A DNA stretch of 64,000 nt, from NCBI GenBank assembly GCA_030739585.1, contig JASLYX010000003.1:39812-103811 (forward strand), in the 5' to 3' direction. The notes beneath the pieces are model-generated. The model was not told the origin of the DNA. It did no database searches and saw only the letters and a list, made by a program, of their open reading frames with translations. Made by a program: the position numbers and the translations under genes. Shown here piece by piece: positions 9,942 through 19,987 of this stretch; within the stretch, counting starts at the first letter, position 1, and each line of letters begins with the position of its first letter. This DNA comes from Candidatus Bathyarchaeota archaeon. Lineage in GTDB: Archaea > Thermoproteota > Bathyarchaeia > TCS64.

Positions 9942-11090
9942 TTAAAGCTGGAACTGCTCCCGGTCATAGTTAGTGAGGAACTCGGCCCGGTTCTTGTGGA
10001 TAAGGACCATGTCTTCGACTCTGAGGTAGTATTCCCCTGCCTTCCAGAGCTTAGGCTCCAGGCACATCACCATCCCCTCCTGAAGCTCCTGCATATTATC
10101 GGGCTTGAGCCAAGGGTTCTCATGGACCTCGACCCCGATCTGGTGGCCCACCGTACCATCGGAAAGCCTCGCTCTCAGATGGTCCCCGTAACCATCCTTA
10201 TCTAAGAAGCCCTCTATGATGGGGAAAACGTCGCAAACCCTCATACTCCCCTCGTACATCTTGTCTACTGTCTTCACCACTGCACTCTGAAGAGCCACGT
10301 AGCCCTTCCTTATATCCTCCCCCACGGGGCCCCAATAGAGGCTTCTCCCCCAATCACTGCAATAGCCGTCCAAAACGAATCCCACATCCAAGGCGATGCT
10401 GGTCCCGGCCACCAAACCCTCATCCCTTGGGTAGCTGTTAGGCTCCGGCGTGGGCTCTGAGCCATTCTTGATGAAGAGACCGGTGGGTGGAAAGGATACA
10501 TCCGTTACTCCAGCCTTCCGCCCTAGCATATCGATGAATATACTTAACTCGTTCTGGGTGATTCCAGACTCAATTTCTGGGATGACGTCCCCCATGACAT
10601 TCTCAGTCAACCGGGCCACCCTCCTGAGGGCCTCGATCTCCCCGGGATCCTTGATCATCCGGAGATCATCCATCAGCGATGAGGCCCCTCGGAACCTAGC
10701 CCCAGGGAAGGATCTTGCCACCTCAATCCATGTGGAGCCGAAGACGTGTTCCCCGACCCCGATCCTCCCCGCCCTCCAGTCCAAGTCACTAGCCACCTTC
10801 TTCACTAGGTCAGTATAACTCTCCTCCTTTTCAAGGACCCGTGTGTCTCCTATCCACGAGGCCTTGCCGTGCCTCCCAGATCTCTGGGATAATGTGAGAA
10901 CTGGCGCCCCCTCTTGGGGGACAAAGACATTATCATCGGAATGCATCAGATCGACTCCCCCCCTCCACTTAATGGGAAGCCCCGTTATGTACTGGAAATT
11001 CTGGCACGAACCGTAGACAACAAGGTCAATGCCCTCCGCCAACATCCTCTCCTGGAGGCCCGCCAGTCTCCGGCTGAAATTCATCACCAA
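9942..11090 (-). CDS. M24 family Xaa-Pro peptidase
   Basis: LRMIKDPGEI, LDVG...GYCSD, GHQIGVEVHE, CLEP, RVED metal ligands. Confidence 0.9.
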   Translation of the reverse strand: MVMNFSRRLAGLQERMLAEGIDLVVYGSCQNFQYITGLPIKWRGGVDLMHSDDNVFVPQEGAPVLTLSQRSGRHGKASWIGDTRVLEKEESYTDLVKKVASDLDWRAGRIGVGEHVFGSTWIEVARSFPGARFRGASSLMDDLRMIKDPGEIEALRRVARLTENVMGDVIPEIESGITQNELSIFIDMLGRKAGVTDVSFPPTGLFIKNGSEPTPEPNSYPRDEGLVAGTSIALDVGFVLDGYCSDWGRSLYWGPVGEDIRKGYVALQSAVVKTVDKMYEGSMRVCDVFPIIEGFLDKDGYGDHLRARLSDGTVGHQIGVEVHENPWLKPDNMQELQEGMVMCLEPKLWKAGEYYLRVEDMVLIHKNRAEFLTNYDREQFQL

Positions 11091-11156
11091 TGCCTAGAAA
11101 CTCCTAGAATTAGCAGGGACTAGGCTGATAAATCACTTTGCTTGGACGGGGGAGGC

Positions 11157-11567
11157 TCAACTCGGGCCCGCGACAATCTCTATGATCCCTGCTTCGGCGT
11201 CCACCCTCAGAGTCATTCCGGACTCCAGCCCCATGAAGGCCTCCTTCCCTATCCTGTCCACCAGGGGGATGTCGGAGATGACGCATCCAGTTGCCAGGAT
11301 CGCCTCCGTCTCCAGATTAATAATAGCCGCAGGCGCAGTGCCCAGCTTTGCCATCCTGTAGATCACATAGCTCCCCACAGTGCTCCCTTTACCAGTGGGA
11401 AACACGAATACTTTCCCGATGACAGACTCCCCCTCCACTGCGTGCCCAGGCTCTGTAACAACACCTGCGACCGGGTCTATTCCACCGTAGAAGCTCACTG
11501 GATCCCTGCTCACCAAGGCAAAACCCTCAACTCTGCCCCCGACGATCTTCCGGCCCTGTATTATCAT
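11157..11567 (-). CDS. aconitase X swivel subunit (DUF126); phosphomevalonate dehydratase small subunit
   Basis: PVSFYGGIDP, GKGSTVGSY; 4-bp overlap with the AcnX gene. Confidence 0.9.
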   Translation of the reverse strand: MIIQGRKIVGGRVEGFALVSRDPVSFYGGIDPVAGVVTEPGHAVEGESVIGKVFVFPTGKGSTVGSYVIYRMAKLGTAPAAIINLETEAILATGCVISDIPLVDRIGKEAFMGLESGMTLRVDAEAGIIEIVAGPS

Positions 11568-12763
11568 GGGTTTCCCCCCAAGAGTTCCCTGATGGGCCCT
11601 ATCCGGGTTTTCATCCCCATGCCCGCCATATAGTGGCCCGCCTTGAAGCTATTAGTGGCCACCTCAGTCCAGCCCATCTCCACCAGAGGAGCCACCACCA
11701 TACAGGTGTCTCTAAAGACTCGCCCCCCCGCCGCCATAATGGCCCCGACATGCCCTGCTTCCTCTGCCAAGGAGTAGACGCCCCGACTTGTGAAAACCCA
11801 GAGCTGATCCTTGAAATCTTTCCCTGCCACAAGGCCTGCGATCTCCCCCAGCTCCTCTAGGCTGGAATGAGGGCACCCCAGAGCGATAACGGGGTCACAT
11901 AGAGGACTCGTCAGGTGGGCAACGGCCTCTTTGATATCTCCCGCAGTAACAGAGATCCTCTCAAGACCTGTTAAGTGGGCCTTCATGCATTCCGCCTCGG
12001 GAGTCACCCCCTCTCCGTGCCAGAGGGCAATACCACCACTTGTTGCACATGCAGCTCCCAACGCCTTCTTCGACTCGAGGCTTGGGCTTTCTAAGCCCTT
12101 GAAATATGGGACCGTAGTCCCCAAACTCTTCCCGGTGATATAACCTAAGGCGCTATAATCCATGATTGAGGCCAGTTCTGTCTCGATCTCCACGACAGTT
12201 CCGGGCCTCCTGTTATCGTTGAGGCGGTAGCCGTATAGAGCAGCAAGCCCCGTCACAGCGCTCGCGATAGTTGTGGGTCCAGACTCCCTATTGGTTTTAG
12301 CCCCCAACACAGAGTTGGAAAAGCAGACTGCAGAGGACTCAGCCCACGCGATCTGGCTCCCGAATCCGGGGACGTGTCCCACAAGGTAGGGAGTACATGT
12401 GCAGGTTGCCTCGAACTTCATCCTCTCAAAAGCCACAAGGACCCGCCGCTGTCCCTCGGCGAACTCCTCTGGGACGCCCATCTCCCTCCAGAGCTCCATG
12501 TCCATCCCAGCGGGATTAAGGGTCGCCTTTATTCGGGACCTCGCGCCGAGATCGGCCTGCTCCTCGAGCCAGCCTAGGCCCGCCTCCCCTAGGTTCTTGT
12601 AGGAAACCCCAGAGATGTGGGCGCTTTCCACCGGGATAAGCCTCTCTGCCCCGAAGACCTCCCCTAGGGCCACGAGGAGCTCTAAGAACTTCGCAGCCCC
12701 CGGGCCCTCGTTGCCCCCGAGAATCGCCTCCTCTTTTTTCGTCAAATGCATGCTGTTATCCAC
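11564..12763 (-). CDS. aconitase X catalytic subunit (DUF521); phosphomevalonate dehydratase large subunit
   Basis: HISGVSY, CTCTPY, WAESSAV, NRES, GCPH, DTCMVV. Confidence 0.9.
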   Translation of the reverse strand: MDNSMHLTKKEEAILGGNEGPGAAKFLELLVALGEVFGAERLIPVESAHISGVSYKNLGEAGLGWLEEQADLGARSRIKATLNPAGMDMELWREMGVPEEFAEGQRRVLVAFERMKFEATCTCTPYLVGHVPGFGSQIAWAESSAVCFSNSVLGAKTNRESGPTTIASAVTGLAALYGYRLNDNRRPGTVVEIETELASIMDYSALGYITGKSLGTTVPYFKGLESPSLESKKALGAACATSGGIALWHGEGVTPEAECMKAHLTGLERISVTAGDIKEAVAHLTSPLCDPVIALGCPHSSLEELGEIAGLVAGKDFKDQLWVFTSRGVYSLAEEAGHVGAIMAAGGRVFRDTCMVVAPLVEMGWTEVATNSFKAGHYMAGMGMKTRIGPIRELLGGNP

Positions 12764-12805
12764 CTGAGTCTGAACTCAAATCCCGATCCGGGGTAAAAAA
12801 CCTAA

Positions 12806-14155
12806 CTAGGGGTTAGAGTACTTGTCCAAGAGCCTCTTGACCTCATCCGAGACAGGGATACCCGGCCTTTTGAAGCCCTCCCCAGTCATAGGCTTGGTGG
12901 CATCGAACCCTACCTTGCACCCCAGCTCATTCTCCTGGTCAGAAGTGGGATCAAGGCTTGAAACCCTCACCTTGGGGATCACGAGGAGATCCTCATCCCC
13001 CCGGAACCTAGTAGCTAGGGCCCACTCCACCTGATCCATATCGTAAGGGTCAATGTCTGAATCCACAACCCAGGCATGTTTGAGACTCGGGTGGGCGGCG
13101 AATATAGCCATTAGCACGTTCTTGGGATCCCCTTCACGGAACTTTTCAAAGCTCACTACGCAATGAAGCCAGCCCATTCCACCTAGGGTCATGTTCACGC
13201 CACGCACCGTAGGGACCACGTTCCTCACATATTCCCAGATCCGCACCTCCCGGCCCAACCCCATCAAAAGCCTGTGCTCGGCACCTGCAGGCAGCAAACC
13301 CTCGTAGATATAATCCTCCCTGTGCAATGCCCCTACTAGCTCAATCACAGGCTGTTCCCTTTCCACATCCGCAGTCCCTGAGAGATCCACGAATGGTCCC
13401 TCCGGTGCCGTTTTGTTCAAGTGTAGCTTTCCCTCAAAAACCAGTTCAGCATCCGCAGGGGCGAGCGCGTCGACATGAGGACACTCAGTCAGCATCAATC
13501 CTCCATCTAGCAGTGTGTTCGCCATCTCGAACTCGCTAGTCCCAAAGGGTGCAGGATATGCGGCGGCGATGTAGATCGCAGGGTGAACCCCAATGGAGAT
13601 GCTCAGGTCGAGGTAATCGTTTCCAGCCTCTCGGGCCATCTGATTGAGCCTATAAAGGTGCCGGGGGACCACTCTGATCCCCATCCTACCGTCGTCCCTC
13701 ACAAGGAGTCTGTGAAAGGAGACATTTTCTACCGAGCCATCGGGGCTCCTCGCGTTGATGATGCCAGCCGTGATGTAGGGCCCGGCATCTGTCTCAAAGT
13801 GGGTGAGTATTGGGAACTCGGAGAGACTAGGTTTGTCATGGATCACCTCCGTGACGGGACCGTCACCTATTTTGCATGGCGTAGGATTCCTTACTGCCTC
13901 TAGGAGATGACTGTATAGTTCACTCGACTTCACCCCAAGGGCCTCCAGTATCCTGGAGCGGGTCCCACAGACCCCTCCCACGATGGGTCCTTCATGCTCC
14001 TTGGCCCTCTCAAAGAGAACGATCTTGCCTCCGTCGAACCTTCTCAGCGCCTCTGGAATCTCATGCCTCATCGAGAGAGGCTCCTTGATACGAATGAGTT
14101 CTCCCCTTCCCTCGAACTTTTTCAGAAACTCTCTCAGATCAACCATCTTCCTCAC
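12806..14155 (-). CDS. UbiD family decarboxylase, probable anhydromevalonate phosphate decarboxylase
   Basis: DAGPYIT, EGPFVDLSG, WVVDSDID, WALATRF; adjacent to the AcnX genes as in the archaeal modified mevalonate pathway. Confidence 0.9.
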   Translation of the reverse strand: MRKMVDLREFLKKFEGRGELIRIKEPLSMRHEIPEALRRFDGGKIVLFERAKEHEGPIVGGVCGTRSRILEALGVKSSELYSHLLEAVRNPTPCKIGDGPVTEVIHDKPSLSEFPILTHFETDAGPYITAGIINARSPDGSVENVSFHRLLVRDDGRMGIRVVPRHLYRLNQMAREAGNDYLDLSISIGVHPAIYIAAAYPAPFGTSEFEMANTLLDGGLMLTECPHVDALAPADAELVFEGKLHLNKTAPEGPFVDLSGTADVEREQPVIELVGALHREDYIYEGLLPAGAEHRLLMGLGREVRIWEYVRNVVPTVRGVNMTLGGMGWLHCVVSFEKFREGDPKNVLMAIFAAHPSLKHAWVVDSDIDPYDMDQVEWALATRFRGDEDLLVIPKVRVSSLDPTSDQENELGCKVGFDATKPMTGEGFKRPGIPVSDEVKRLLDKYSNP

Positions 14156-14480
14156 CTTCTCCTCCGATAAGCCCGCGGGCTAGATCTAGCAGGGCCCTTC
14201 CGGCATTGTTGCCGAGCCCTATTGGCAGGTTCACGCTCACTAGGGCCATTTTCCCTGTTAACGCTGAGAGATGGGATCCCAAAATCAGCCCAAGCTGCCT
14301 GTCCCTTTCTCCCAGCAGAGATGACGAGTTCCTGTCCGGTAAAGTCACTGTCAGCGTCCCCATACGGGGCACATTCCCCTCCCAAAAGAATGCTACTACA
14401 GCGTTTTCCAGAACGGCCACCTCCCCGTGGAGCCTTCTCTTGTCGTACTCAGCCTCGCCTGTCATAAACCCAAGGCTCAT
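14139..14480 (-). CDS. small hypothetical protein resembling the proteasome assembly chaperone 4-like family
   Basis: 113 aa; RMGTLTV...SSSLLG...LGSHLSALTGKMALVSVNL pattern; 17-bp overlap with the UbiD gene start. Confidence 0.5.
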   Translation of the reverse strand: MSLGFMTGEAEYDKRRLHGEVAVLENAVVAFFWEGNVPRMGTLTVTLPDRNSSSLLGERDRQLGLILGSHLSALTGKMALVSVNLPIGLGNNAGRALLDLARGLIGGEGEEDG

Positions 14481-14675
14481 CGATATCGGTTCTCAAGACA
14501 CCTCTAGGCCAGTTAAGGATTCCCTTCTCTGTTACGACTGCTAAATAGGGCCAAGGAACAGGGGGGTCCGTGGACCCTGTGAGGTTCCTCATCATCTTCG
14601 GATCCACAAAACAACGCTATTTATTATGGCTAGTCCTGAACTTTGCAGTCCTCCTGCGCGCGGAAATACCGTGGG

Positions 14676-15038
14676 CTACGACCCCATCACAATGAGTGTG
14701 TCGACGCCCTCCAGGACAAAGGCTTCAGATGCATTTTTGCGAACTATGGTCACCAAGTCATCGTTGGAGAACCGCCTCTCATGTGAGCGTTTCCTGAAAT
14801 ATCCACTTCTAGCCCCTAGGCCACATCTATAAACCATATGCCCTTGAGCCGGTGACTCTCTGATCCTTAACCCTGGCTCTATAGGGTAGACTAGAAATAG
14901 ATCCATTACACGCCAGAGCATATAGGATGCGAAGACTGGAATTACAATGTTTCTTAGGGGTAAAGCGTGAGTTAGACAACTAGTTGAATATTCCGTGGTT
15001 CTGTAAATGGCGCGCTCATAGGAATTTAAATAAAGCAT
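14676..15038 (-). pseudogene. possible decayed class I SAM-dependent methyltransferase
   Basis: IEPGLRIRESPAQG resembles a degraded motif I; FSNDDLVTIVRKNASEAFV resembles the post-motif-II helix; ends at TAG. Confidence 0.3.
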
Positions 15039-15129
15039 TCCACCTCACATATTGGAAGCGGGGAAAAATGAGAAAAACTACCGACCGTGGCAAATTCGGT
15101 TTACTGACCGGGATAATGGGGTCTCTCTG

Positions 15130-17076
15130 ATGCCCCGGATCACACGGAAAACCGCAATAGAGCTGGCCGTCCTTGGTCTGGTCGTCGTCATCGCCATTTT
15201 ATTCAGGGTTATACGCGTTCAATGGGGCGCTTATATGGACGCCTTTGATCCCCTCTTCCAGCTCAGGGTCACGGAATACATAGTGGAGAACGGCTATGCT
15301 TCATGGTTTTCGTGGCATGATACCATGAGCTGGTACCCTTGGGGGAGGAATATCGCAAGATCCTCTTATCCCGGCGTACCATTCACTGGTGCCTTCGTCT
15401 ACTTCGTCGCCCGAGCCATGAGTCTCGACCTCACGGTCTATCAGGTCTCCCTCTATTTCCCGGTGCTCATGGGGTCTATCACATGTATTTTCGCCTATTT
15501 TATAGGAAGAGACTTTGGTAATAGCTCCACTGGGCTTATGGCCGCGTTCTTTATGGCCATCAGTGAGGCGTTCGTCGGGCGCACCTTCCTTGGATTCTAC
15601 GACACCGAGAATATAGGCATTTTCGGGATGGTCGCCATTACGTTGTTTTATCTCCGGTCCCTAGACTCAGAGCGTTCGTTCAATGAGAGGCTCATATACG
15701 GGATAGTAGCGGGAATTACCCTAGGATACACCTTCGCCTCGTGGGGTGCCACGAGGTATATTGTGGGTCTACTGATCTTATTCAGCCTTGCAGTTCTAAT
15801 AACAGGAAGATTCGAGAAAAAACATATCATCTCTTATGCCCTAACTCTGGGAATCGGGTTAACTATCACACTTTTCATACCACGACTGGGAGTAAAATAT
15901 ATCCAGAGCACCGAGAATGTTGCAGCCATCCTACTGGGCGTTCTGATCATAATATACGAGTATACTCGCCAAAGACTGGAAGAACGGCAGACCATGCGGT
16001 TGATCAGCGGTCTGGTGATAGCTCTGATCCTGGGCGTTTTCATGCTTGAGGCACTGGGGGTAGCTAACCCTATAACGGGTAAATTCTGGAGAGTCATTAA
16101 CCCCATGCAATCTGCCGGAAATCCTCTGTCTCAGTCAGTAGCGGAGCACAAAAGATCTGTGTGGTCCAGCTTCTTCGGGACCTTCGGGATCGCCTTTCCC
16201 CTGGCTATCTTAGGGACATATTTCTCTATAAATGAACTTGATGATAGACGCCTATTCGGCTCGATATTTTTCATCACAGCCGCCTATTTCGCGGGTTCTA
16301 TGATCCGGCTCTCTCTTCTCCTATCCATCCCAGTGGGCCTGATGGCCGCGTTCGGACTCACGGAGCTCCTTAAGCCCTTCGTGGCCCTTTCTAAGAGGAA
16401 AGCGGTTAAGGGGAGACGGCGGAGAAAGGTTATATGGAAGGGGCTTAACAGGGAACTCTCCATCATCTTTGCTCTATTTATGCTCCTTGCAATCATGCCG
16501 ACCATCTGGGGCACATCTGAAATCTCTATAAGACCTACCTCCATGGCGTCCTCTAGCGTGCCCGCCCTCTTTGGTGATAGGTACCCTCAGGACTGGCTTC
16601 AGACCCTCAACTGGATGAGGGACAACCTAGAGGACAACGCTGTCGTGGTCTCTTGGTGGGACTACGGGTACTGGATCGAGGCTATCGGCAAGCAGACGAC
16701 CCTCGCCGACGGCGCCACAACCAATCGTTCCCAGATTGGATACATCGGCAGAATAATGATGCTCAATCAGACGGAGTCTCTTCCCATGCTCGAGGCCTAC
16801 GACGCCACCCATATCGTGGTATTCAACACATTCAACCCCAACAACCCGGGGAACCAGTGGCCCTTTGGGGACAACGCCAAGTGGTCTTGGATGGTCCGAA
16901 TAGGGGAACTGAACATCCTCGATTATGTCAATATAACAAACGGTGAGACCACGGCAAAGTATGATGAGTCGACCCTTAATAGGCTAATGAACATGTTACC
17001 AGATCCCGGTTACAAGCTGGTCTTTGCCTCTGAATTCAGATACGTTTTAGTCTATGAGTTAAACTATGACGCTTAG
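15130..17076 (+). CDS. aglB: oligosaccharyltransferase STT3/AglB
   Basis: FDPLFQ, WYPWGR, DTE, SVAEH, many TM helices, catalytic WWDYG. Likely ATG at 15130. Confidence 0.95.
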   Translation: MPRITRKTAIELAVLGLVVVIAILFRVIRVQWGAYMDAFDPLFQLRVTEYIVENGYASWFSWHDTMSWYPWGRNIARSSYPGVPFTGAFVYFVARAMSLDLTVYQVSLYFPVLMGSITCIFAYFIGRDFGNSSTGLMAAFFMAISEAFVGRTFLGFYDTENIGIFGMVAITLFYLRSLDSERSFNERLIYGIVAGITLGYTFASWGATRYIVGLLILFSLAVLITGRFEKKHIISYALTLGIGLTITLFIPRLGVKYIQSTENVAAILLGVLIIIYEYTRQRLEERQTMRLISGLVIALILGVFMLEALGVANPITGKFWRVINPMQSAGNPLSQSVAEHKRSVWSSFFGTFGIAFPLAILGTYFSINELDDRRLFGSIFFITAAYFAGSMIRLSLLLSIPVGLMAAFGLTELLKPFVALSKRKAVKGRRRRKVIWKGLNRELSIIFALFMLLAIMPTIWGTSEISIRPTSMASSSVPALFGDRYPQDWLQTLNWMRDNLEDNAVVVSWWDYGYWIEAIGKQTTLADGATTNRSQIGYIGRIMMLNQTESLPMLEAYDATHIVVFNTFNPNNPGNQWPFGDNAKWSWMVRIGELNILDYVNITNGETTAKYDESTLNRLMNMLPDPGYKLVFASEFRYVLVYELNYDA

Positions 17077-17540
17077 ACGTAGAAGGGCAGAGGTCTTTAT
17101 TCGTGTTTTAGGCGGCCGAGCACATTTTGGATGCCCCCTAGAAACTCGGTCTCAGGAAGGCTAGAGACCTTGACGGTCTTGTTAAAGGCTGCTATGAGAT
17201 ACTCGTATTCGAGTAAGTTGAACGTGTTCATAACCTCAATTATCACCTTTTTGTTGAAGTCAGCTTAGGGAGCTATGGTTTAATATGGAAGGGCGTTTGC
17301 GTTAACCTTACCGTCTTTCTTTTACCAGTACCAAGTCCGGTCTCGACTCTGATAGACGTTCATATTAAGTTTAGTGTCGATAGGCTATTGGGAGTAGAGA
17401 CACCGGGTTTCCTCCTATGATCGTAATTTATGTCTGGAAAACCAATGTGGCCGGACGTTTTAAGGTCCTCCTCAGATTAAGGTATATTGTATAGGGGTCT
17501 ACTGAAGGGAAGTACTAGGGATTCATGGACTAGGGGCAAT

Positions 17541-17980
17541 TTGGATAACTAAGATGTGAGTATCTTGCGGGTTCTTGAGAATGATACTCCTAATAGTTTT
17601 GGGGATATCGCGAGGGCCCTCAGGGTTTCCCCTGATACAATGATCAGGAGGTTCCGGAGGATAAAAAGATAAGGAATGATCCAGAACTCCACAACTGTAT
17701 CCATTCCCACCAAGCTAGAATACTAGAGAGTGGAGGCTTTTAACATTGATATAGATCCTTACTATCCTAACGGGGATGGGAAGTCCCGGAGGGTGCTAGG
17801 GACGTTGATCAAGATCCCGAACATCATAGTGGAGATGAGGACCTTGACGGATTACGACCTGTTGGCTCTTGAAGTTATCTTTGGGGGATAGCATCGCGTG
17901 GAACTCTGAGGAGATCGGGAAAATCCCTGAGGTGAAGGAGTTCCGAGTCTCCATCTGGGAAGCAGATCTCCCACGAATTC
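17541..17980 (+). pseudogene. Lrp/AsnC family regulator pseudogene
   Basis: LDN*DVSILRVLEND...DIARALRVSPDTMIRRFRRIKR*GMI (HTH) ... TLTDYDLLA; four in-frame stops, then a frameshift into EEIGKIPEVKEFRVSI. End coordinate approximate. Confidence 0.75.
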
Positions 17981-18036
17981 TTCAGCCTTTGAGGCTGGTC
18001 TCAATCCTTATCAGTGGGGAGATAATACCGAACACC

Positions 18037-18312
18037 ATGGCATTGAAGATCAAGGCGTCCCATATTCTGGTGGAGAAGCAGTCCCAGGCACTCAAGATCT
18101 TGGAGGAGCTTGGCGCAGGCAAAGAGTTCAAGGGACTCGCAAGAGAACACTCTACCTGTCCTTCGGGAAAACGAGGTGGAGACCTAGGGAAGTTTGGTAG
18201 AGGTCAGATGGTAAGGGAGTTTGAGAAGACGGCCTTTGCTCTCAACGTAGGGGAGATCTCAGCAGCCGTGAAAACCCAGTTTGGCTACCACATCATCAAA
18301 AGGACAGGTTAG
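18037..18312 (+). CDS. ppiC: parvulin-type peptidyl-prolyl isomerase
   Basis: IKASHILV, HSTCPSGKRGGDLGKF, GQMVREFE, VKTQFGYHII. True start is ATG 18037; the track's upstream 56 aa belong to the Lrp remnant and spacer. Confidence 0.95.
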   Translation: MALKIKASHILVEKQSQALKILEELGAGKEFKGLAREHSTCPSGKRGGDLGKFGRGQMVREFEKTAFALNVGEISAAVKTQFGYHIIKRTG

Positions 18313-18562
18313 TCGGCTCCCTGAGTGATGGGCGCGTGGGTCATATCTCCCCTACGTATAGGCTGACTGTTTGCCAGATTCCGCAGGTTGTGCATCTGCT
18401 GTTTCACCGAATGTAAGGATGAAATTGGAGATAGACAAGGGGCGGTAGGGCTTAATAACCGAGGGTATATTTCAATTTTGTTTAAACTATATTTTTTGAG
18501 TGGGCGTAACCTTTATAGCAATTCGCCCGGAAGTAGCTTCAAAAATCCAGAGGTCATGTGTC

Positions 18563-18961
18563 GTGTCATATAAGATCGCAAAAGTCGGAGACCTCAAAGT
18601 AGGCTCCTACGCTATAGTAGACGGTGAGCCAAGCCGGATCATGTCAATTCAGAAGAGCAAGTCAGGAAAACACGGAAGTGCAAAGTACAGATGCTCCGCT
18701 GTGAGCCTCTTCGATGGTAGCAAAAGGAGCTTTGTAAACCCTGTCGACACAAGCATCAATATCCCCATCGTCGAAAAGAATGCTGCCCAAATTGTCTCAA
18801 TGACTCCCGACGGCCTCCAGCTCATGGACTTAGAGACATATGAGGTCTTCGAGGTAGCCACACCCAAAGATGAGGAGATCGTGAATAAGCTCGCGGCAGG
18901 AAAGGAAGTCGAGTACTGGAAGATTATGGGCCGGTACAAGGTCCAGCGGGTTAAGGGTTAG
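18563..18961 (+). CDS. eif5a: translation factor aIF5A
   Basis: SKSGKHGSAK hypusination motif, GSYAIVDGEP, QLMDLETYEVFE; GTG start at 18563. Confidence 0.95.
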   Translation: MSYKIAKVGDLKVGSYAIVDGEPSRIMSIQKSKSGKHGSAKYRCSAVSLFDGSKRSFVNPVDTSINIPIVEKNAAQIVSMTPDGLQLMDLETYEVFEVATPKDEEIVNKLAAGKEVEYWKIMGRYKVQRVKG

Positions 18962-18976
18962 TAAAGGGTTTTTTAA

Positions 18977-19903
18977 ATGAAGCGCATCGAGCAGATGCGT
19001 CTAAAATCCGGGATGACCGTCGGCGAGCTAGCTGAGGAAATGCGCCGGGCCGGGGTTATTGGCGCAGGTAGAGTCGGCAGGGCAGTCGAAATTGTCGCGG
19101 AGATGTTCTCTGATCCGGATTATTTGACGTTTATTACCCTCTCGGGGCCGTTGGTACCAAGCGGGATGCGCCTCATATTCAGGGACCTCATCATGGAGGG
19201 CTATGTAGACGCCGTGGTCTCCAATGGGGCTAACCTAGTTCACGATATTGTAGAGGCAATAGGACGGAGACACCTAGTGGGTGAGTTAAACGTCGACGAC
19301 CAAGTACTCCTAGAAAAGGGAATCAACAGGGCCTATGATATTTTCATCAAGAGCGATACCTGGGCCGCCCTAGAGGAGTATATCGGCGGAGTCCTCGACA
19401 ATATCCCAGAGGAGGGGAGGGTCGGGATACCTATCCACGGGCTGATAAGGGAGATTGGGCTCAGTATCGAGGATGATGGCTCAATTCTCAGGGCGGCGAC
19501 CCGGAAGGGAGTGCCCATCTTCAGCCCTGGATTTTTGGACTCAATGATCGGGATCCCCCTCTGGATGTACTCCAAAAGAAAAAAGCTAGTTATCAACCCC
19601 ATCAAGGACTTTGATCTCCTTGGGGAGATGGTCTACGACGCTAGAAAGTCGGGGGCCATCATCCTAGGCGGTGGGACCCCGAAGCACCATACGCAATATA
19701 TGAATACCCTAAGGGAAGGGCTAGACGCTGCAGTGCAGATAAGCTCGGCTCGGGTTGAAGATGGGAGCCTAAGCGGAGCGCCCTTGAAGGAGGCGATAAG
19801 CTGGGGAAAGCTCAAGGAAGGGAAGACCTCCACTATATTCGGGGACGTTACAATCGTCTTCCCATTAATAGTTGCGGCTGCCCTCGAAAAGATAAACGGT
19901 TAG
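18977..19903 (+). CDS. dys: deoxyhypusine synthase
   Basis: ITLSGPLVPSG, GGGTPKHH, GSLSGAPLKEAISWGK with the catalytic Lys; follows eif5a. Confidence 0.95.
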   Translation: MKRIEQMRLKSGMTVGELAEEMRRAGVIGAGRVGRAVEIVAEMFSDPDYLTFITLSGPLVPSGMRLIFRDLIMEGYVDAVVSNGANLVHDIVEAIGRRHLVGELNVDDQVLLEKGINRAYDIFIKSDTWAALEEYIGGVLDNIPEEGRVGIPIHGLIREIGLSIEDDGSILRAATRKGVPIFSPGFLDSMIGIPLWMYSKRKKLVINPIKDFDLLGEMVYDARKSGAIILGGGTPKHHTQYMNTLREGLDAAVQISSARVEDGSLSGAPLKEAISWGKLKEGKTSTIFGDVTIVFPLIVAAALEKING

Positions 19904-19987
19904 ACCTTGCTCTTAAATGATTTCTCGACCCCCACGTTCAGATCTTTTTTCGAGAAACTAAAATAATGAAAAGTGACTATATGAACC

